Shown piece after piece: positions 55,000 through 64,000 of a stretch of DNA of 64,000 nucleotides. Position 1 is the stretch's first letter, and each line of letters starts with the position of its first letter. Made by a program: the position numbers and the translations under genes. Source of the stretch: Octopus sinensis (lineage: Eukaryota); NCBI RefSeq assembly GCF_006345805.1, contig NC_043015.1:25916001-25980000 (forward strand), in the 5' to 3' direction. The notes below the pieces were generated by a model. It was not told the DNA's origin and made no database searches. It worked only from the letters and a program-made list of their open reading frames with translations.

Positions 55000-55240
55000 A
55001 TGCCACCAAAGAAAAGATGTAATCTCTCCAGAAACAACTATAAAGCAAGGAGGATTGTAGAAAACCGAAGTTGAGAGTCTGAAGAGAGAAAGGAGAAAGA
55101 GAGAGAAAGCAAACACATGCTGCAGCATGTCAAGTGGTGCCTCAAGAGAGAAGGGAGATGAGACTTTCTCTAGATTAGCAAAGACATGCTGCAGCACATC
55201 AAATAGAGTCTCAAGACAGAAGCGGAGGGACCCATCTCTA
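55000..55240 (+). mobile_element. Helitron RepHel N-terminal remnant
   Basis: MPPKKRCNLSRNNYKARRIVENRS*ESEERKE resembles invertebrate Helitron N-termini (MPxxRRSNLSR..RNARRI). A duplicated unit ACATGCTGCAGCA...CTCAAGA follows, resembling STPR-like repeats. Disrupted. Confidence 0.55.
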
Positions 55241-55272
55241 TAAGAAGTTTATATCCTCAAATTGATTGTCTG

Positions 55273-55308
<36 letters not shown>

Positions 55309-55984
55309 ATTATATATATATTATATATATATATATATGAAATGTGTCGATTTATTTGTGTGAACACTTCTATGCAGTGCCACAGCATGACCGCACTTTA
55401 GTGACTGAAATAAGTGAAACAAAATCAGCATAGTTTTGAATAATTTCAGAGAAATTTATTTACTATTTTATGGCGGGGGTTCAAGTGACGACGGGAAGCT
55501 CAGCGGAGTACTTTTTTACTACCGCAGCTGTACTGTTTTACGTTGATGTCAATAAACTGCAATCCCTTCATCAGAGTTGAAGTGAAATGTTGTTTTATGG
55601 AGCTGAAAGTCAGCTGCAATCGTAAAATATTGAAAGAAAATTATTAGAAACTGATTTAAAATGGCTTCATTCTATTGTTTGTTCCACAGACAATTCTTAA
55701 CTTCGTCTTTCCAATGTGTTTTATCGAAACGTTTCTCGATGTTATGAAGAAAATTAACAATTCAAGTATACAATATAGCATTATATTTTTGATATTCATT
55801 TCCACAAAGGACAGCATGTTTCTTAAATTTTCATGGGGAGCGAGAGTTAATATTTGGAAGTTATATTTTTTTAAACTGGTTGTATCCATCATAGCGCTAT
55901 TTTAGGTTCTTCGTCATAAAATACACTTCCATATCAAAATCACACAGATAATCGATAAGCATACGCCTTTTTTTTTAATTATCT

Positions 55985-56370
55985 ACCTTCATGTTAGTGA
56001 GTGAAGAAACTCACTTTCCAACCATGTGCATTCAGATTCAGTTCCTCTTCACAGCACCTCAGTCAAATGTTTTCTATTATGGCTCTAGGCCGACCGGTGT
56101 TTTGTGAGATAACTTGGTAGATGGAAACTGTGTGGAAACCTGTCGTAAATGTGTATATATGTCAATGGCTCTGCACATGTCTTGCGCTGGTGTTTATCTC
56201 ACACCATCGCTTGACAACCGACGTTGGTTTGTTTACGCTCAATAATTCAGCAGTTTGGCAAATGAGATGAATAGGATAAGACCCTGACTTTAAAAATATA
56301 TGTACTAGAATAGATTACACCCTGCAAGGTCGATCCCCAGCATGGCCGCAGTCTTATCACTAAAACAAGT
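55985..56370 (+). mobile_element. SINE family B copy (diverged, near full length)
   Basis: Head CAACCATGTG..TTCAG.TTCAGT..C, middle GATGGAAACTG..GGAAACC.GTCG, tail CCATCGCTTGACAACCGA.GTTGGT.TGTTTACG...CCCCAGCATGGCCGCAGTC. Confidence 0.75.
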
Positions 56371-56425
56371 TAAAAGATAATAGTCAAACTTACACCGAAC
56401 ACGTTTCATTATTATGTCTTATATT

Positions 56426-56655
56426 AAGGTGGCTTGCTGTCAGAATCGTTAGCACGCCGGTCGTCTGGCGCTATGTTCTGAGTTCAAATTACGCCGAGGT
56501 CGACTTTGTGTTTCATTCTTTCAGTGTCGATACATTAAGTACCAGTCAAGTAATGGGGTCATTCTTTCGGGGTCGATAAGTTAAGTAACAGTCAAGTGTT
56601 GGGGGTCGACTTACCCTTCCCCCAAAATATCTGACCTTGTGCCTATAGATTATTT
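56426..56655 (+). mobile_element. SINE family A copy with internal duplication
   Basis: CAGAATCGTTAGCACGCCGG...TTCTGAGTTCAAATT.CGCCGAGGTCGACTTTG; the GTCGATA..TTAAGTA.CAGTCAAGT..GGGGTC block occurs twice. Confidence 0.8.
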
Positions 56656-56974
56656 CTTTAAAGAAGATGGGAAAAAATTGGCGGGATCGTTAAAATGACA
56701 TTGAGTTGAAGATCATTAATTTCTGAGTTCAAATCTTGCTAGGCTCTCCTTAGCCTTTCCTCATTCCTGCATTGTTAAAATAGATACCAGTCACGTACCA
56801 TGGTCTATTCAATTGACTAATTTCTTCTAACAAGATTTATGGCTGTGTATGTTTCTTAGAAATGTTTATTACTCTTTAAATGAGTAAATAAAAATAAGCA
56901 ATACCGACTGAAAGATCATATTGAGTAAAGTAGCCCAAGACACAACTTTCTAAAACCAAACTGGTTGGTCACAC

Positions 56975-57071
56975 CTGAAGCGCCATTGATTTTATAGCTG
57001 CTCCATCTCACGGCCGTTCTTGCAGTAAACATCAGCAGTAACAATAGTAACCAGTTCCCTCTGTTGTCCAT
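56975..57071 (-). CDS. Candidate first coding exon of a secreted/membrane protein (MDNRGNWLLLLLLMFTARTAVRWSSYKINGAS|, phase 1)
   Basis: Strong Kozak context GAAGATGG; n/h/c signal-peptide pattern with six Leu from mixed codons (tta cta ttg tta ctg ctg, so not a microsatellite); donor CAG|GTGTGA. Confidence 0.5.
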
Positions 57072-57724
57072 CTTCCTACATTGTTACGATCGACAGGTTT
57101 AGTGTTCCGTGTAAAGTCCTTTATGTGGCTCGTTTGTTCGGAAAAATAAACGAAATTAAAACATTGTACGAAGAAAAACATCGAGATGGAAGTAAGTATT
57201 CAAAAGAATAAAAGTGTTTAATGCGATTACTCTCGCTATTACTTTACTTTGTGATGGGATGTTAGAGAAAAAAGTTGTTAATATTCATTTTCATTTATAT
57301 AAGACATTCATTTAAGATGCCGAAGAAAATATTATCAAAGCTGCGGGAAATCTGGCTGTAGCAGTTCTTTGAGCAATGGCTAATAATATTAATTCATTCA
57401 GTTTCTGAAACTGTGAAACATTGTAACTGGCTTGTGAAATATATTCTCAGAAATGGGAAATACAATATATTTATATATATGTGAAATATGGTATCTTGTA
57501 TATGGAATAATGTTTAAAATTCATTGCTAGATCTGTAAACGAAGATGGGTCCCAGGATCCAATGGTTCGTGAAATAGAATATCTAGGATAGGAAACAATT
57601 TCTTTACAATATGCAACAAGGTGTCTCGAATGTGAAGAGAGAGAACCTTTGATTTATAATATCAAGTATCTGAAATGCGAATAATTACTCAAGGAGAAGG
57701 TGAGACAGTTAAGATGTCAAACAA

Positions 57725-57765
57725 GATCGGGAGAGATCGGGAGAGATCGGGAGAGATCAGGGGAG
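57725..57765. repeat. 10-bp tandem repeat GATCGGGAGA, about 3.5 copies
   Basis: Direct reading of the sequence. Confidence 0.9.
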
Positions 57766-58887
57766 GTCGGTTTATGGATTTGATTTACCTTGGAGAAGCA
57801 TGTATTTACCACATGACTTAAACAATCAAAGAAATGTCGAAAACTCTATGTTTGATACATCAGAGCTGAAACTAAATATTTCTCGGTGAATATTTTGCCT
57901 AATTAGTAAATAAATCTATTTCTTTGTGTTTTATAATAAATATGTAAATATTGTAAAAGATACCCCGTGGGATGTCTTCTTTCTAAAAGCAAGCAATTGT
58001 TTAAAGAGAGGGAGACATATCTCAATTCATACGCGGTTTAAGACCAGATTATTCCTGTTATCAGCCGAAACACTTACTTTAGTGTATCTTGGGAAATTCA
58101 AGAGCGCACCACTCTATCTAAGATCAAAATGTCGTTGTTACTATCACTAGTGGTGGGGGTGAAATGTCGGCAGCTTCATATCAGCCTTGATGGAGTAGAT
58201 TTATAATTAAAGATTTTGCAGATATCACCCTTTCCTTTTCAGAAATTTATTTACGATCCAAAAACATGCTTCATATTGACCGTTATTTTACTAAATATTA
58301 CTCTATTTTCAAAATAAATTTGCAAAACGAAAAGGACAATGTATTTTAATAGAAATATAGCAAATGTTTTAAAGGGTGGAGGTTGTGATTCAAAGATGTA
58401 CGGACCGCATACAATTATAATCTTCGTTTACATACGAGCACAGAAATATACATATACACACATAAATATATGTACATTCGCGCACGCGCTGAAATAAAAT
58501 GTACGTGCAGCCAATCATAATTTAATCATCAACATAGTCACCGTTCTTTTCAATGACATCTTCCCGTCTTTCCCTAAGCCTTTTGATACGATTTTCATAA
58601 AATTCATTTGATTTTGACTCGAAAAAAAAAAAATACTAGTTTCATTTTTCAACCACTTCGCTTGAAGGAAGCCGAAGTCCTGGAAAATGATTCTGTAACT
58701 TCTAAAAAGATGGTAATCTGTTGGAGCAAGGTCAAGAGAATATATGGTTGGTGAAGTATAACTTCCCAGTCAAATTCTTCTAGGAGATATATTCATTACA
58801 AACTTATACATACACATACACACACACACACATATATATATATATGGCCGCGGCCTTCGGGCTAAAACATTTTAAAGGATTTTAAGG

Positions 58888-59280
<393 letters not shown>

Positions 59281-60129
59281 ATAGAACGTTGTCTATGCTC
59301 ATCTGTCCACGTTTGTGCGTGAGTACTGTCTTTTACTCAGGAGGCAAGACATTGTCACAGGGCCAACAAATCAAGTAGAAGTAAGGAGAGAAAGATATTC
59401 TCAAACGTGATGTCTGCCTTGAGTGATTGCAACAGAATGGGGTGTGCGACAGGTACGCCAAAGTGACTGGTAGGGGTGCCACAAAACACTGTGCTGTGCT
59501 CTATTTACTAGTAGGTAGACTATAACTGAATTCGAACTCAGAACACAAAATACCAGAACGAATACCTCATGGTGTTGAATCCAATCATCATACAATTCTT
59601 GTAATTCACCGCTCATAATTTATGCATATCATTTTTTTTACTGACCTTAAAAGGGCGAAAAGCAAAATTTCCCTGGGAGGTATTTGATCTCAGAAAAAAC
59701 AGAGCCAGAACAAGCATAAGAAAATCATTCTTTCCAATGCTCTAGTGACTCTACAGATTCGCCAGATTTATCAGGAGAAGAGGTAGCTATTAAATAATGT
59801 TTCATCTGTTCTAGAGAGAAATAATATCGTTACTTTCAAATCGAAAACTAAACAATTGTAGCGGGAACGAAATCTTAGATCGACTCATTGACTCACAAAC
59901 ATATTTGTATAAATCTGCGCCAGTAAAACTCACCACAGATTAATTACATGGCCAGATGAATTTATTATTGTGTGTGTGTGTGTATGTGTTTTTGTGTATG
60001 ATTGGGTTTTCCACTATTTGTCTGTCTCGCTGCCTTTTTTGTTTTATTGTCTTGTTTCTCTCTCTCCCCGTTTCTCTCTATTTGTTTCTCCATTTTCATG
60101 TAGACACATCACACACACGGTACAGTGTA

Positions 60130-60345
60130 GTTAGTTAGTAAGTTCGGTTCATAACCACGAGGTCATGATTTCGATCTAAGTGTGTGGACAAATGTCATTT
60201 TGACTGCACTCGAGTGGATCCATAAGTTATGATTAAAATTGAGTAAACTTATATCGTAAAGAATCCCGTCGGGTGGGTTGTGCCTATAATTCAAAAGGTA
60301 CAGCCTTGTCATACGCTGTGTCACAGTTCCACTTCCTCAGAATCA
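60130..60345 (+). mobile_element. Degraded tRNA-derived SINE
   Basis: CATAACCACGAGGTC.TG.TTTCGATC head, later AAAGAATCCCGTCG and GTGCCTATAATTCAAA shared with other SINE copies. Confidence 0.45.
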
Positions 60346-61249
60346 ATTCAAAGATAGACGTGTCCTTAGAATGCTCAGCTTCTAAAACATTGAAACGGGT
60401 GTATCGTATCTAGTTGAGAGAACAACTAAATAGTCATCGTGGAACAACGATCTATCTGTCTATTTATCTATCTATATAGATTTGTGCATGTACACACCCA
60501 CATATACAAACCTACACATACATATACATAAATGTACCACATACACTACAAACAAACAAGCATACAGTTAGGTATAGCTGTACGGGCATAGCTCTCTATG
60601 TTGGAACAATACACTTGTGTGTATGCTTGTTTTGTTTTCATGTGTGTGTGTGTGTGAATATTGTGTTTGTGTATGTCCGAGTGAATATGCGTGTGTACTT
60701 TACACATACACTCAGGAAAAGACAGAGAGTGCGAAACAGATATCCTTGTCTGTGTATGTGTATATATAAGTATGCTTATGTGTGTTTACGTATGGCCCAG
60801 ATGTGTACGTTTGATTATTGTTTTCTTCTATTTATACATACATACACACGCACACAAATACATATATACATACATATACATATATACGCAAACACGCAAT
60901 GTGTCTGTGTGTATCCTTGTGTACACATGAGAATGTGTAATGTACGTATGTTTTCCTTTCTCTCATTCAATGTGTTTTCTTTCTTTCCTTCCCAGTGCAC
61001 CCAGACGCCGGAAACAATATGCGATGAAAGTATTTTAATTTCCGTATAAGTGCAAACACATGAGAAGCGTAAATGGATATTTGGAAGTTCTTCGTTTCAA
61101 TAAATTGGGCGATACTCAGTCACTATGAACTGATTGTGTGATGATGTGCTATTCTGTCAAAATAGAATCTACCCAACCATCTGACTTAGCAACATCTAAA
61201 TACGATATTCCGAATTCATGGAACATTTCCGTAATGTAGTATTCTCGAG

Positions 61250-61250
<1 letters not shown>

Positions 61251-61320
<70 letters not shown>

Positions 61321-61385
61321 TATTGTTGTTGTTGTTGTTGTTGTTGTTCTTGTTGTTGTTGTTCTTGTTCTTGTTGTTCTTGTCC
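61251..61385. repeat. (ATT)n-(GTT)n compound microsatellite
   Basis: Direct reading of the sequence. Confidence 0.95.
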
Positions 61386-62944
61386 TTGTTATGATCATTA
61401 TCGTCGATAGAGCGGTGGATTGGCACCGTTCTATTGATGAGTATCGAATAAGATGCCTCATGATATTTGTTCTGTTTTTTTTTTTACAACTGGGTTCAGT
61501 TCCAATCAGGTTCCATAAAATAAAAGACAAATATTGAGATCAATGCTATTCACTAATCCACTCTTCTGAAAATTGCTAGCTTTGTGCCTAATCATTAATC
61601 TTTATTATGACCATCACTGGGTAATTCGGTGGACTGTCGTAAAAATCCTTCACCATATTTGCTCCGGTTGTTCAAACCACATTGATGTCAACTTTGCTTT
61701 ATTTCTCACCAAAATTAATTTTCAGTCAACTTTTAAGGTCGATTTGATTATTTCCCTGCTATTGAAATTTCTGTCTTTGAGTCGAAATTTGACTGCATTT
61801 TCATTGTTAGCGCAGTTCTATTGGCAATTATAATAAAAATTAAAATAATTGTGTTTATTACCGCCTATCTTTTATTTTTATTGTTTATGTTTCGCCCTAA
61901 TCCAGCGTTGATCAACTCAAGCTATGATTAAATACATTTCAATCGTGACCATTTCATCAGATCTTTCAGATTTAGCGAAATATAGACCACTTTATCGAAC
62001 ATCTTGTTCTTGCGCTAGAATATTGCACTGTTGAAAATAACAGTTAGATATCTCTGAAACCAAGCTCTTATGTGTTTTACAATATATTTTGGCAGGCTGG
62101 TTTATGGGTCGATTCTATCGAATTTGAATCTATCATTGCAGAGTTGAACATATCTTACTGAGATAAAACCATAATTAATTGAATAGGAGACTCATAGAGA
62201 TGAAGGGTTGTGAAGCATACCATTTTTTTTTAGAATGACCTATTAACTACTTCTCATTTAGGATCGAGTGTCTCGACCCAATTTAATAAAAATGACATAC
62301 AGATTGGACAGGTCATCAAGGATCTAGAAAAATAACTGGTGATTATGCTAAAAATTCTTTAATCTCACGTTTTCTCCATCGATGCTTAGCTGCGAGGGAA
62401 GGATTACAACCACAGCGACAATAACAACAACAGTTGCAGCAGCTCAAGTCACTCTAAATAAAATTGGAGATTTAGTCGACTGCACGATTTGATGTCCTCA
62501 CCTGGCCTTTAGGTTCCCGGTTGTAAATCTGAAGAAAATATGCCCTCTTTCTCTTACCCATCACTCAGGAGAGTCTCAAAGATTCAATCATCCTTCCATA
62601 TCGTCTCCAACAAAATCAATCATAAAGAAGACATTTTCCATGAATTAGAAAGATTATCAGACCCAGGAGATTATCAAACCCACTTTTCATAATTTTTTTA
62701 TTTCACTTTAAATTCATAGTTATTCATAGTTATTACAATATCAAATTAACAACTAGAAATATGTCTCAGCTCTTCCTTCCGTCATGTTTAAACTATAACG
62801 CTCGATATTGTTTCATAAAGTACGACTCACTATTATATCCCTGATGGTGTTCCTTATTTAGAGTTGTTTATAGCACAAAACTCGAACCAGCTTTCTCATC
62901 TGTCCAGCAAATAATATATATATCTATTTCTTTCTTTCTCTCTG

Positions 62945-63008
62945 TACACACACACACACGTTAATATATGTGTGTGTGTGTGTGTGTTCGTGTGTGTGTG
63001 TGTGTGTA

Positions 63009-63060
<52 letters not shown>

Positions 63061-63064
63061 TATG

Positions 63065-63098
<34 letters not shown>

Positions 63099-63375
63099 AT
63101 ATATACTCTATATGCAAGTATAAATGTTGAAGCTGCCGAAATCACGGGCATTAATCAGTTTCCAGTGGGAAATAAGATCACTTGCGATATTTCATTTCCA
63201 ATTATGTCTAACTTTACCGTTTGTTCCAGCCAAATGGCTTTTTATTTTTATCTATTATAAACGCATTTTCAATTTATTCCAGTTTCCATTGTCTCATGCA
63301 TACATACTTGTATATGTATGTGTGTGTGTACGTGTGTCTGTGTGTGCGTATACGTGCACGCGTGTGTGTACGTAT

Positions 63376-63430
<55 letters not shown>

Positions 63431-63443
63431 GTATATATGTATG

Positions 63444-63508
<65 letters not shown>

Positions 63509-63616
63509 GTATGTATGTATATGCATACGTATGTACATAATATATATATATATATATTATATATATATACATATATTGAACTGTCAACTAGTAGAGGGGC
63601 AAATATATATATGCAG

Positions 63617-63680
<64 letters not shown>
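62945..63680. repeat. Cluster of (TG)n, (TA)n and (TATG)n microsatellites
   Basis: Direct reading; interrupted by unique sequence at ~63110-63300. Confidence 0.9.
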
Positions 63681-63685
<5 letters not shown>

Positions 63686-64000
63686 CCCTCTGGTATCTGA
63701 CTGTTCAATAAATATAAGCGAATTCCATATTTTTGTGTCCAATCACAATTTTTTACGATGCTCATAATATTTTCATATTTGCTGTGATTTATCTCTCCGC
63801 TTTATACGTTTGATGGTTTTGATGCTGGCTTTTATATTAAAAAGAAAAACAAGCAGTCGCCGGATTATGTTAACGAATATAAAAAAACAAAACAAAACAA
63901 ATAACTCAGAAATTCTGCTATATTTGTGGAAAATATTTCGTATGTTTGTTTGACCATCACAATCATCATCCTACTTCTCATCCTCAATATCATCATCATA

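Overview
Eukaryotic, AT-rich, repeat-dominated DNA. The SINE sequences and microsatellite density suggest a coleoid cephalopod such as Octopus; this is an inference from recognition, not a database match. No rRNA, tRNA gene, CRISPR array or complete host gene can be supported. Layout: (1) 1-1425, the degraded 5' part of an R4/Dong-clade non-LTR retrotransposon (minus strand). (2) 1426-23733, a 22.3-kb ATATC-based satellite with two grammatical domains and internal kb-scale duplications, starting from an (ATT)4 seed. (3) 23.7-29.1 kb, a SINE and two R4/Dong 3' fragments, all ending in TAA/ATT tracts. (4) 29-48 kb, SINEs, MITEs, microsatellites, an L1/Tx1 fragment, a TA-flanked inverted duplication and weak exon candidates. 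(5) 48728-52791, a young-looking 5'-truncated Neptune-type Penelope-like element with an open thumb/GIY-YIG ORF, a ~3-kb CA-rich tail with GC islands and a terminal minimal hammerhead-like motif, inserted in a (TA)n tract. Two long palindromes follow it. (6) 54-64 kb, a Helitron N-terminal remnant, SINEs, a candidate signal-peptide exon (minus strand) and microsatellites. Almost all long ORFs in the supplied track are low-complexity artefacts. Many coordinates were counted by hand and repeat boundaries are approximate.
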